Assembly (NCBI GenBank): GCA_900768005.1
Contig: CAAGBE010000087.1
Coordinates: 1 to 26,406, forward strand
Reading direction: 5' to 3'
Origin: Clostridia bacterium
GTDB lineage: Bacteria; Bacillota; Clostridia; UMGS1883
Length of the DNA: 26,406 nt
Shown: positions 17,061-26,317 of the stretch, in pieces
Layout of the letters: each line of letters opens with the position of its first letter
Position numbering within the stretch: position 1 is the first letter of the stretch
The notes under the pieces: model-generated
The model's database searches: none
Seen by the model: only the letters and a program-made list of their open reading frames with translations
Told to the model about the DNA's origin: nothing
Position numbers and translations under genes: made by a program

Positions 17061-18131
17061 TTAACATATTGTACCTCCGCCGACTACAATGTCACCGTCG
17101 TAGAGGACAACTGCCTGCCCCTTGGTAATAGCTCTTTGCGGCTGGTCAAATGTAACGCGGATTGTATTTTCATCAATTTGTACCACCGTAGCGTCCTGCT
17201 CCGTATGACGGTAACGCACCTTTGCCTTAACTCTTTTCGGGGTGTATAGGTCAGGTACGCTGATAAGGTTTATATCCGTTGCTGTAAGCTCTTTTGAGAA
17301 AAGCCCCTCGTGAGGACAGAGGACAACTTCGTTTTTTTCTGTATCCAATCTGCAAACGTAAAGGGGAGCAGGGAGGGAAAGTCCCAGTCCTTTTCGTTGA
17401 CCCACAGTGTAGCGGATAATACCCTTGTGCGTGCCGAGAATATTTCCGTCGCTATCTACGAAATTTCCGTCAGGGTAACTTTTCCCCGTATATCTCTCAA
17501 TAAAGTCGGTGTAATCTTCGCCCTTTACGAAGCATATGTCCTGACTTTCTTTCTTATGAGCATTTACAAAACCGTTTTCTTCTGCAATGGAACGTGCCTC
17601 TGCCTTGGTCATATCTCCTAATGGGAAGATAACCTTGGAAAGCTGATTCTGAGTAAGGGAATATAGCACATAACTCTGGTCTTTGGATGAATCCTTTGCC
17701 TTTTTAAGAATCCACCTGCCACTTTCCTCATCATACTCAACACAGGCGTAGTGTCCCGTGGCAATGTGACTGCAACCTAAGTTTTCCGCCTCTTTAAAAA
17801 GCCTTTCAAACTTTAAATATCGGTTACATTCTATGCAGGGATTTGGCGTTGCACCTGTTTCATATGCGTGAACGAACTTATTTACAACCATATCTGCAAA
17901 ATGTTCGGAAAAATCATAGAGATAATGCTCCATGCCAAGCTTTTTACAAACTTTCTTTGCATCCTCAATATCTTCCTTTGAACAGCAGGCGTGCTGCTCG
18001 TCAAGTTCAATTCCGCCACCGCCGAGAAGCTTCATAGTCGCGCCGATACAATCTGTATTTTTTTCTTTTACAAGGAGTGCCGCAACGGCACTGTCAACGC
18101 CTCCGCTCATCGCGATTAAGCATTTAGTCAT
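17061..18131 (-). CDS. mnmA: tRNA-specific 2-thiouridylase
   Basis: AMSGGVDS PP-loop, TPNPCIECN, ATGHY, KDQSY, ESQDICF, YTVGQRKGL. Confidence 0.96.
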   Translation of the reverse strand: MTKCLIAMSGGVDSAVAALLVKEKNTDCIGATMKLLGGGGIELDEQHACCSKEDIEDAKKVCKKLGMEHYLYDFSEHFADMVVNKFVHAYETGATPNPCIECNRYLKFERLFKEAENLGCSHIATGHYACVEYDEESGRWILKKAKDSSKDQSYVLYSLTQNQLSKVIFPLGDMTKAEARSIAEENGFVNAHKKESQDICFVKGEDYTDFIERYTGKSYPDGNFVDSDGNILGTHKGIIRYTVGQRKGLGLSLPAPLYVCRLDTEKNEVVLCPHEGLFSKELTATDINLISVPDLYTPKRVKAKVRYRHTEQDATVVQIDENTIRVTFDQPQRAITKGQAVVLYDGDIVVGGGTIC

Positions 18132-18137
18132 TTTATA

Positions 18138-19169
18138 TCACCTTTTTACGTTTCCGATTGCTGTTACAACATTATATCCTGCAGTCTTAACTTTCTTTTC
18201 AAGTGCAACGCGGCTCTGTGCTGCTTCTTCGCCAGTTGAAAGCTTGTTTTCATACAAATCGTATAGCTTTCTGTACGCCCTTGGGGACAGGTTTGGCATA
18301 ACGACATTCGCCCCTGCTTTAAGTCCCATCTCTCTGCCATTTGGGTGAAGCGTTCCCAATGCCGTAGTAGCAGGAATTAGTGCGTGGGGGAACATATGAC
18401 GGAGAATTGCAATAAGCCTTACAGTCATTTCCACGCTTCCGCTTTCATATTCCCTGAATGGGGTTTCTTTATGCACTATATACGGACCTATACCAATCAT
18501 ATCAGGCTGAAGCTCATAAAGAAATTCCAAATCGGAAATGATATTATTCATAGTCTGAAAAGGAGAGCCAACCATAAATCCGCTTCCTACCTGATACCCG
18601 ATTTTCTTCAGGTCAAAAAGGCACTTTTTACGGGTTTCAAGATTCATATATTCGGGATGCAATTTGTTGTAATGGTCACTTTCTGCCGTTTCATGACGGA
18701 GAAGAAATCTGTTTGCTCCTGCATTATAGTAGGCAAGGTAGCTTTCATAAGATTTTTCTCCGACAGAAAGAGTAATTGCACAGTCAGGAAATTCCCCGCG
18801 GATGCTTTTTACAATATCCACCATTCTTTCATCTGTAAAATACGGGTCTTCTCCGCCCTGCAGTACAAATGTGCGGAATCCAAGCCCGTATCCCTCACGG
18901 CAGCATTCAAGGATATCTTCTTTTGAAAGGCGGTATCTGACCGCGTTTTTATTACTGCACCGTATTCCGCAATAGTAGCAGTCATTTTTGCAGTAATTGG
19001 TAAACTCAATCAGACCTCGTATATATACATCTCTGCCGTAAACAGACTGCCTTATTTCGTCGGCAGACTCAAAAAGAAGGGCATCATATTTATTTGTAGA
19101 CAAAAGCTTGTGAAATTTATCGCGTGATAAAATATGCTTCTCACGAAGCTCTTTTATTAAACTGTCCAT
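18138..19169 (-). CDS. hydE: HydE-like radical SAM protein ([FeFe]-hydrogenase maturase family)
   Basis: RGLIEFTNYCKNDCYYCG, VLQGGED, LLRHET, GSGFMVG.P, IPATTAL, GANVVMPN, YDLY motif. Confidence 0.85.
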   Translation of the reverse strand: MDSLIKELREKHILSRDKFHKLLSTNKYDALLFESADEIRQSVYGRDVYIRGLIEFTNYCKNDCYYCGIRCSNKNAVRYRLSKEDILECCREGYGLGFRTFVLQGGEDPYFTDERMVDIVKSIRGEFPDCAITLSVGEKSYESYLAYYNAGANRFLLRHETAESDHYNKLHPEYMNLETRKKCLFDLKKIGYQVGSGFMVGSPFQTMNNIISDLEFLYELQPDMIGIGPYIVHKETPFREYESGSVEMTVRLIAILRHMFPHALIPATTALGTLHPNGREMGLKAGANVVMPNLSPRAYRKLYDLYENKLSTGEEAAQSRVALEKKVKTAGYNVVTAIGNVKR

Positions 19170-19206
19170 AAAAACCCTCCCTCTTTACTATTTAACATCT
19201 TCCTAT

Positions 19207-19235
19207 ATTTTATACTACGGCAAAAAAGTTGTCAA
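19207..19235 (-). promoter_or_regulatory. Promoter of hydE-mnmA
   Basis: TTGACA (19235-19230), 17 bp spacer, TAAAAT (19212-19207). Confidence 0.7.
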
Positions 19236-19280
19236 GAACTGCACATAGCAATTATATAAAATAATGAGATAGGAAAATAA

Positions 19281-19308
19281 TTGACATAATGCATTATTAT
19301 GGTATAAT
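19281..19308 (+). promoter_or_regulatory. Promoter of lysR
   Basis: TTGACA (19281-19286), 16 bp spacer, TATAAT (19303-19308) with TG extension. Confidence 0.75.
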
Positions 19309-19340
19309 TTAAATAATAGAAAGTAATCAGGAGAATCTAT

Positions 19341-20261
19341 ATGAATATATTGCATATGAAATACGCTGCTGAGGTAGCACGTGTGGGCTCTCTTAGCAAA
19401 GCGGCAGAAAATTTAATTATTGCACAACCAAATATCAGCAGGTCAATAAAGGAACTGGAAACAGATTTGGGCATTACAATTTTTGACCGCAGCACCAAGG
19501 GAATGTTTCTCACCCCCGAAGGAGAAGAATTTATAAGCTATGCAAAAAGCATATTAAAGCAAATTGAAAATGTGGAGGCTATGTATAAAGACGGCTCTGC
19601 AAAAAAGCTGAAGTTTTCTATCAGTGTTCCCCGTGCCAGCTATATATCAGATGCCTTTGCACAGTTTTCCAAAACTCTGGGAAGTCACGACGCGGAGCTT
19701 TTCTATAAAGAAACCAATTCAAAACGGACGATAAACAATATTCTGGACCATGATTATAAATTAGGTATAATCAGATATGCGGAAAACTATGACAAGTATT
19801 TTAAGGCAATGCTTGAAGAAAAAGGGTTGAGCTATGAGCTTATAACGGAATTCTCCTATCGTCTGATTATGCATAAGGACAGCTATCTGGCACAGATTGA
19901 AGATGTTACCTTTGACGATTTGACAGGCTATATTGAAATAGCCCATGCAGACCCTTATGTTCCGTCACTTCCTCTGTCCAAGGTTGTGAAAGAGGAACTT
20001 CCGGATAATATAAGAAGACGAATTTTTGTTTTTGAAAGGGCAAGTCAGTATGATTTGCTTTCGGAAAATCCCGAAACCTTTATGTGGGTATCTCCGCTTC
20101 CCGATAAGCTTTTGAAAAGGTATAATCTTATCCAGAAAGACTGTAAGGAAAATCAAAAGATTTATAAGGATGTCCTTATTTATGAGAAAGGTTATAAATT
20201 AAGCAAACTTGATAAACAGTTTATAGCGGAGCTATATAATTCAAAACAAAAATATATATAA
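19341..20261 (+). CDS. LysR-family transcriptional regulator
   Basis: GSLSKAAENL.IAQPNISRSIKELE..LG..IF.R....M.LT.EG HTH; 306 aa. Confidence 0.93.
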   Translation: MNILHMKYAAEVARVGSLSKAAENLIIAQPNISRSIKELETDLGITIFDRSTKGMFLTPEGEEFISYAKSILKQIENVEAMYKDGSAKKLKFSISVPRASYISDAFAQFSKTLGSHDAELFYKETNSKRTINNILDHDYKLGIIRYAENYDKYFKAMLEEKGLSYELITEFSYRLIMHKDSYLAQIEDVTFDDLTGYIEIAHADPYVPSLPLSKVVKEELPDNIRRRIFVFERASQYDLLSENPETFMWVSPLPDKLLKRYNLIQKDCKENQKIYKDVLIYEKGYKLSKLDKQFIAELYNSKQKYI

Positions 20262-20271
20262 AATGCTGGTC

Positions 20272-20308
20272 GATGTAAAAAACTTTGTGTTTTTTACATC
20301 AGCTTTTT
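20272..20308 (+). terminator. Intrinsic terminator after lysR
   Basis: GATGTAAAAAAC-tttgt-GTTTTTTACATC followed by agcTTTTT. Confidence 0.65.
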
Positions 20309-20315
20309 CTTATGC

Positions 20316-20389
20316 AAAATGTTATATCGATATTGATATAACGATATAACATTTTAATAATTCCCAAGAAATTTTTTTTATGCTATTAT
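20316..20389 (+). promoter_or_regulatory. adhE promoter with upstream inverted-repeat operator
   Basis: AAAATGTTATATCG-N12-CGATATAACATTTT (20316-20355), then TTCCCA (20361-20366), 17 bp spacer, TG-c-TATTAT (20381-20389). Confidence 0.6.
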
Positions 20390-20487
20390 ATAAGTGTCGA
20401 AAAAGAGGCATAAGTATGGAAAGAAGTACTGTATCAGTTCATCTGAATAATCAATTAGTATGTTAGAATAATCAGGAGGAATAAATC

Positions 20488-23124
20488 ATGAATTATGAAA
20501 TCGTAGACAGCGTTGAAAAGCTAGAACAGGCCATACAGCGCACAAGAGAAGCACAGAAGGTTTTTGCAACTTATACACAGGAGCAGGTTGATAAAATTTT
20601 CTTAGCTGCCGCATCTGCTGCAAATAAGGCAAGAATCCCTCTTGCAAAAATGGCAGTAGAAGAAACAGGTATGGGCATTGTTGAAGATAAGGTTATAAAA
20701 AATAACTACGCTTCAGAATATATATATAATGCCTACAAGGATACCAAGACCTGCGGTATTATTGAAGAAGACAGTGCATTCGGTATGAAGAAAATTGCAG
20801 AGCCTATCGGTGTAGTTGCTGCAGTTATTCCTACAACAAACCCCACATCAACAGCTATATTCAAATGCCTTCTTGCCCTTAAAACAAGAAATGCTATTAT
20901 AATCTCTCCCCATCCCAGAGCGAAGAACTGTACAATTGCAGCAGCAAAGCTCGTACTTGAAGCAGCAGTAAGTGCAGGTGCTCCCGAGGGAATTATTGAC
21001 TGGATAGATGTTCCCAGCCTTGATATGACAAATACAGTAATGAAAGAAGCAGACATTATCTTAGCTACAGGCGGTCCCGGAATGGTTAAGGCTGCATACT
21101 CCAGCGGTAAACCCGCACTTGGCGTTGGTGCAGGTAATACTCCTGCAATTATCGATGACTCTGCTGACATCCTTATGGCAGTAAACTCAATCATCCATTC
21201 CAAAACTTTCGATAACGGTATGATTTGCGCATCTGAGCAGGCAGTAATTGTTCTTGAAAGCATCTACAATATAGTTAAAGAAGAATTTGCAACAAGAGGA
21301 TGTTACTTCTTAAATGAGAAAGAAACAGAACAGGTAAGAAAGACAATAATCATCAACGGTGCACTCAATGCAAAAATCGTTGGTCAGTCTGCTTTTAAAA
21401 TTGCACAGCTTGCAGGTGTATCTGTTCCCGAGGGTACAAAAATCCTTATCGGTGAAGTAGAAAGCGTTGAACTTTCAGAAGAATTTGCACACGAAAAGCT
21501 TTCTCCTGTACTTGCAATGTACAAGGCAAAGGACTTTGAAGAAGCTCTTGATAAGGCAGAAAGACTTGTTGAAGACGGTGGCTTCGGTCATACATCTTCT
21601 TTATACGTTAACGAAGTTACAGAAAAGGAAAAAATCAATTCTTTTGCAGCAAGAATGAAAACCTGCAGAATCTTAGTAAATACTCCTTCTTCTCACGGCG
21701 GTATCGGTGACCTCTATAACTTCAAGCTTGCTCCCTCACTGACACTCGGCTGCGGCTCCTGGGGCGGTAACTCGGTATCGGAAAACGTTGGTGTAAAGCA
21801 CCTTATCAATATCAAAACAGTAGCAGAAAGAAGGGAAAATATGCTTTGGTTCCGTGCACCTGAAAAGGTATATATTAAGAAAGGCTGCCTGCCTGTTGCT
21901 CTTGACGAGCTTAAAAATGTAATGGGCAAGAAGAGAGCCTTTATCGTAACAGATACCTTCCTTTATGAAAATGGTTATACAAAGCCTATCACAGATAAGC
22001 TTGACGAAATGGGTATAGTTCATACAACATTCTTTGATGTACAGCCCGACCCCACACTCCTTAACGCTAAAAACGGTGCCGCACAGATGGCAGCATTCAA
22101 GCCTGACACAATCATTGCTCTCGGCGGCGGTAGCGCAATGGATGCCGCTAAGATTATGTGGGTACTCTATGAGCATCCTGAAGCAGACTTTATGGATATG
22201 GCAATGAGATTCATTGACATCAGAAAGAGAGTTTACACATTCCCCAAAATGGGCGAAAAGGCATACTTTATTGCAGTTCCCACATCAGCAGGTACAGGTT
22301 CTGAGGTAACTCCCTTTGCAGTTATCACAGACGAAAAGACAGGTGTTAAATATCCTCTTGCAGACTACGAGCTTATGCCCGATATGGCAATCATTGATAC
22401 AGATTTCCATATGTCTGCACCCAAGGGACTTACTGCAGCATCCGGTATCGATGCTGTAACACACGCAATTGAAGCATATGCTGCAATGCTTGCAACGGAC
22501 TATACAGACGGTCTTGCACTTAAATCCCTGAAGACTGTATTTGAATACTTGCCAAGAGCATATGAAAACGGTCAGACAGATGTCGAAGCAAGAGAAAAGA
22601 TGGCTAATGCTGCTACAATGGCAGGTATGGCATTTGCAAATGCATTCCTCGGTATATGCCATTCTATGGCACACAAGCTTGGTGCTTTCCATCATTTGCC
22701 CCACGGTGTGGCTAATGCTCTTATGATTGAAGAAGTTTTAAGATTCAACGCAGCAGAAGCACCTGCAAAGATGGGTACATTCTCTCAGTACGACCATCCC
22801 CATACTCTTGCACGTTATGCAGAGGTTGCCGACTATCTCGGAATCAAGGGTAAAACAGATGCAGAAAAGCTTGAAGGCCTTATCAAAGCTATCAACGACC
22901 TTAAAGCAAAGGTTGGAATAAAAGAAACCATCAAAGATTACGGCATTGACGAAAAGGTATTCCTTGATAACCTTGACGAAATGGTTGAGCAGGCATTTGA
23001 CGATCAGTGTACAGGCGCAAACCCCAGACATCCCCTTATGGCTGAAATTAAAGAGATGTATCTCAATGCTTACTACGGAAAGCATTTTCAGGAAAAAGAA
23101 ATGCCAACTAAAAATAACCTTTAA
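20488..23124 (+). CDS. adhE: Bifunctional acetaldehyde-CoA/alcohol dehydrogenase
   Basis: ALDH domain (PTTNPTST, ATGG, FDNGMICASEQ, EKLSP), TLGCGSWGGNS linker, Fe-ADH domain (GGGS.MDAAK, GTGSE, HSMAH...HG). Confidence 0.97.
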   Translation: MNYEIVDSVEKLEQAIQRTREAQKVFATYTQEQVDKIFLAAASAANKARIPLAKMAVEETGMGIVEDKVIKNNYASEYIYNAYKDTKTCGIIEEDSAFGMKKIAEPIGVVAAVIPTTNPTSTAIFKCLLALKTRNAIIISPHPRAKNCTIAAAKLVLEAAVSAGAPEGIIDWIDVPSLDMTNTVMKEADIILATGGPGMVKAAYSSGKPALGVGAGNTPAIIDDSADILMAVNSIIHSKTFDNGMICASEQAVIVLESIYNIVKEEFATRGCYFLNEKETEQVRKTIIINGALNAKIVGQSAFKIAQLAGVSVPEGTKILIGEVESVELSEEFAHEKLSPVLAMYKAKDFEEALDKAERLVEDGGFGHTSSLYVNEVTEKEKINSFAARMKTCRILVNTPSSHGGIGDLYNFKLAPSLTLGCGSWGGNSVSENVGVKHLINIKTVAERRENMLWFRAPEKVYIKKGCLPVALDELKNVMGKKRAFIVTDTFLYENGYTKPITDKLDEMGIVHTTFFDVQPDPTLLNAKNGAAQMAAFKPDTIIALGGGSAMDAAKIMWVLYEHPEADFMDMAMRFIDIRKRVYTFPKMGEKAYFIAVPTSAGTGSEVTPFAVITDEKTGVKYPLADYELMPDMAIIDTDFHMSAPKGLTAASGIDAVTHAIEAYAAMLATDYTDGLALKSLKTVFEYLPRAYENGQTDVEAREKMANAATMAGMAFANAFLGICHSMAHKLGAFHHLPHGVANALMIEEVLRFNAAEAPAKMGTFSQYDHPHTLARYAEVADYLGIKGKTDAEKLEGLIKAINDLKAKVGIKETIKDYGIDEKVFLDNLDEMVEQAFDDQCTGANPRHPLMAEIKEMYLNAYYGKHFQEKEMPTKNNL

Positions 23125-23144
23125 AAATTGAGAGGATTAAGAAT

Positions 23145-23894
23145 ATGAAACTTGATAATATAATTTCTGAACGAAAAAATAAGAAAATCTATCGTGACGG
23201 AGATAGATGTATTAAGGTTTTTGATGAAAGTTTCTCTAAGGCAGATGTATTAAACGAAGCGTTAAACCAGGCAAGAATCGAAGAAACAGGGCTTAATATT
23301 CCCAAAGTGCTTGAAGTAACGATGATTGAAGGCAAATGGGCAATCGTGTCTGAATACATCAAGGGAAAGACACTTTCACAGCTTATGAAAGAATCTCCCG
23401 AGAAAATTAATGAATATTTAGAAATGTTTGTTGATTTACAGTTAGAGATGCACTCCAAAAAATCTCCTCTTCTTAACAAATTAAAGGATAAAATGAATCG
23501 TAAGATAAGTGCAACAACTCTTGATGCAACAACCCGCTATGAACTTCACACCAGACTTGAGGGTATGCCAAAACACAACAAGGTTTGCCACGGAGATTTT
23601 AATCCGTCAAACATTATTATTTCTGAAAATGGTACTCCTTATATTCTGGACTGGTCTCACGCAACGCAGGGCAATGCATCTGCTGATGCAGCAAGAACCT
23701 ATCTTTTGTTCTGCCTTAGCGGAGATGTTGAACTTGCAAATAAATATCTTGATACATTTTGCAGCAAAAGTGATACTGCAAAACAGTATGTTCAGAAGTG
23801 GATGCCCATTGTTGCCGCATCCCAGTCTGTAAAGGGTAATGAAAAGGAAAGAGAATTCCTCCTTTCCTGGGTAAATGTAGTTGATTACGAGTAA
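23145..23894 (+). CDS. APH/choline-kinase-like phosphotransferase, substrate unknown
   Basis: IKVF lysine, CHGDFNPSNII catalytic loop, LDW metal-binding motif. Confidence 0.85.
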   Translation: MKLDNIISERKNKKIYRDGDRCIKVFDESFSKADVLNEALNQARIEETGLNIPKVLEVTMIEGKWAIVSEYIKGKTLSQLMKESPEKINEYLEMFVDLQLEMHSKKSPLLNKLKDKMNRKISATTLDATTRYELHTRLEGMPKHNKVCHGDFNPSNIIISENGTPYILDWSHATQGNASADAARTYLLFCLSGDVELANKYLDTFCSKSDTAKQYVQKWMPIVAASQSVKGNEKEREFLLSWVNVVDYE

Positions 23895-24004
23895 AGAATT
23901 TTGAGCAAAATCATATATTCTGCCAATAAAAAACAAAGATTTGTCTTGCGCAGAGCGGGTATTATATTGTATAATTATATATATCTTATCAGGAGAGGTG
24001 CAGT

Positions 24005-25651
24005 ATGGATTACAGAGCAGAATATGAAAAATGGATAAATTCTCCAAAGGTTACAGACGAAGTCAAGGCAGAGCTTGCAGGGCTTGATGAAAAAGAAAAG
24101 GAAGACCGTTTTTATAAGGAACTTGAATTTGGTACAGCAGGTATGCGCGGTATCATGAGTGCAGGTATTAACCGTATGAATATCTACACTGTAAGAAGGG
24201 CTACTCAGGGTCTTTGCCTTGAAATGATGGATAAGGGAGAAGAAACTGTTAAAAAGGGCGTTGTTATAGCATACGACTCGAGAAACAACTCCGCACTTTT
24301 TGCTATGGAGTGTGCGAAAGTTCTCTGTGCAAATGGTATCAAGACGTATCTTTTTGAATCTCTTCGTCCTACGCCCGAGCTTTCCTTTGCACTCCGTTAT
24401 CTTAAGTGTGCACGCGGTATAGTTGTTACTGCAAGCCATAATCCCAAGGAATACAACGGTTACAAGGTTTACGGTGAAGACGGAAGCCAGCTTCCTCCCG
24501 AGGATGCTGATGTTATCACAGGCTACATCAACAATATTGACCTTTTTGACGGTGTTAAAATAACTGAAAACCCCAACTATATTTCAATCGGTGAGGATGT
24601 TGACAGAGCGTACATAGACGCTATAAAGGAACAGTCCCTTGGTATTGAAATTCCCGAGGACTTTAAGGTTGTGTACACCCCTATTCACGGAAGCGGTAAC
24701 AAGCTTGTGCGCCGTGTCCTTGACGAAATCGGTGTTAAGAATGTATTCGTAGTTCCCGAACAGGAAGCTCCTGACGGTGATTTCCCCACAGTAAATAGCC
24801 CCAACCCCGAAAATGCAGAAGCATTCACTATTGCGATTAAATATGCAAAGGAGCAGAATGCAGATATAGTATTCGGTACGGACCCCGACAGTGACCGCCT
24901 TGGTGTAGTGGTACGCCTTGACGACGGCTCATACAATGTGCTTAACGGAAATCAGATAGGTGCTCTTCTATGTGAATTTATTTTGAGAACAAGAAAAGCA
25001 CAGGGAACACTTCCCAAGGAAGGTGCAGTTATAAAATCCATTGTTTCTACGGAAATGATTCGTGCTATTACAAAGGATTACAACATTGAAACAATCGACG
25101 TTCTTACAGGCTTTAAATTCATTGGTGAAAAGATTAAAGAATTTGAAGCAGAGGGTAAGTTTGATAAGTATGTATTCGGCTTTGAAGAAAGTTACGGCTA
25201 TCTTAAGGGAAGCTACTGCCGTGATAAGGATGCCGTTGTTGCATCTATGCTTATTACTGAGCTTGCTGCTGACCTTAAAGCCCATGATAAGACACTTTAC
25301 GACGGACTTATTGATTTATATGAGAAGTACGGATATTACCTTGAAAATGTGCAGACAAAAACCCTTGCAGGTATAGAGGGACTTGCACAGATTAAGGCTA
25401 TTATGAAAAAATTCAGGGAAGAAGGCGTACCCTTCGATGTGGAAAAGGCTCTTGACTATTCTACGGGTATTGACGGACTTCCTAAGAGTGATGTGCTTAA
25501 ATACTTCCTCAAGGACGGCAGCCTTATCACAGTCCGTCCGTCAGGTACAGAGCCAAAGATTAAGTTCTATTTCGGTGTATGCGGAAAATCGCAGAAGGAT
25601 GCCGAAGAGAAAGTAAAAATCCTTGTTGATAAGGTTTTTTCACAGATTTAA
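24005..25651 (+). CDS. pgm: Phosphoglucomutase/phosphomannomutase
   Basis: [36 protein letters not shown]. Confidence 0.93.
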   Translation: MDYRAEYEKWINSPKVTDEVKAELAGLDEKEKEDRFYKELEFGTAGMRGIMSAGINRMNIYTVRRATQGLCLEMMDKGEETVKKGVVIAYDSRNNSALFAMECAKVLCANGIKTYLFESLRPTPELSFALRYLKCARGIVVTASHNPKEYNGYKVYGEDGSQLPPEDADVITGYINNIDLFDGVKITENPNYISIGEDVDRAYIDAIKEQSLGIEIPEDFKVVYTPIHGSGNKLVRRVLDEIGVKNVFVVPEQEAPDGDFPTVNSPNPENAEAFTIAIKYAKEQNADIVFGTDPDSDRLGVVVRLDDGSYNVLNGNQIGALLCEFILRTRKAQGTLPKEGAVIKSIVSTEMIRAITKDYNIETIDVLTGFKFIGEKIKEFEAEGKFDKYVFGFEESYGYLKGSYCRDKDAVVASMLITELAADLKAHDKTLYDGLIDLYEKYGYYLENVQTKTLAGIEGLAQIKAIMKKFREEGVPFDVEKALDYSTGIDGLPKSDVLKYFLKDGSLITVRPSGTEPKIKFYFGVCGKSQKDAEEKVKILVDKVFSQI

Positions 25652-25654
25652 GCT

Positions 25655-26317
25655 ATGAAAATCATTGCACACATTGAAACGGATTTCAAGGAGAAATTCG
25701 GTATTCCCAGACAAAGCGGAATTGTAGAAGAAACCGTAGGAAAAATAGTTTTTGAAAAAAAGTATCAAGTCCCCGAAGCATTTCGGGGACTTGAGGACTT
25801 TTCGCACATCTGGATTCTGTGGAAATTTTCCAAGGCAGAAAGGGAAGAGTGGTCACCTACCGTAAGACCTCCGCTTTTGGGTGGTAATAAGCGGATGGGT
25901 GTATTTTCAACCCGTTCACCATTCAGACCGAACCCTATCGGACTTTCTTCGGTGAAACTGGACAGAATTGAATATACAAAAGACCGCGGACCGGTGCTAT
26001 GGGTAAGGGGTGCAGATTTACTTGACGGCACTCCCATATACGATATAAAACCGTATCTTGCCTATGCAGATTCTCACCCTGATGCGGTGGGAGGTTTTAC
26101 CGAAAACCTTGAACAAAGAAAACTGCAGGTTAAGGTTTTGTGTGAAGAGTTTAATTCTCTGCCGGAAGATAAACAGGCGGAAATTATAAAAATTTTAGAG
26201 CAGGACCCTACGCCCTCCTACAAAAAAGACGGGGAAGAGTACGGGATGCATTACGGAGATTATGAAGTGAAATTCTATATAGAAGAGAAAACCCTTTACA
26301 TAACGAAGATTATATGA
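25655..26317 (+). CDS. trmO: tRNA m6t6A37 methyltransferase TrmO (TsaA)
   Basis: KFGIPRQSG, GVFSTRSPFRPNPIGLS, DLLDGTPIYDIKPY. Confidence 0.92.
   Translation: MKIIAHIETDFKEKFGIPRQSGIVEETVGKIVFEKKYQVPEAFRGLEDFSHIWILWKFSKAEREEWSPTVRPPLLGGNKRMGVFSTRSPFRPNPIGLSSVKLDRIEYTKDRGPVLWVRGADLLDGTPIYDIKPYLAYADSHPDAVGGFTENLEQRKLQVKVLCEEFNSLPEDKQAEIIKILEQDPTPSYKKDGEEYGMHYGDYEVKFYIEEKTLYITKII

Noticed and set aside
16512..17063. CRISPR array, T-box or riboswitch
   Set aside because: No regularly spaced direct repeats, and no T-box or known aptamer consensus recognised; the region is explained by the two elements.
23145..23894. Aminoglycoside resistance gene
   Set aside because: Only the general kinase fold motifs are shared; the metabolic context gives no support for a resistance function.
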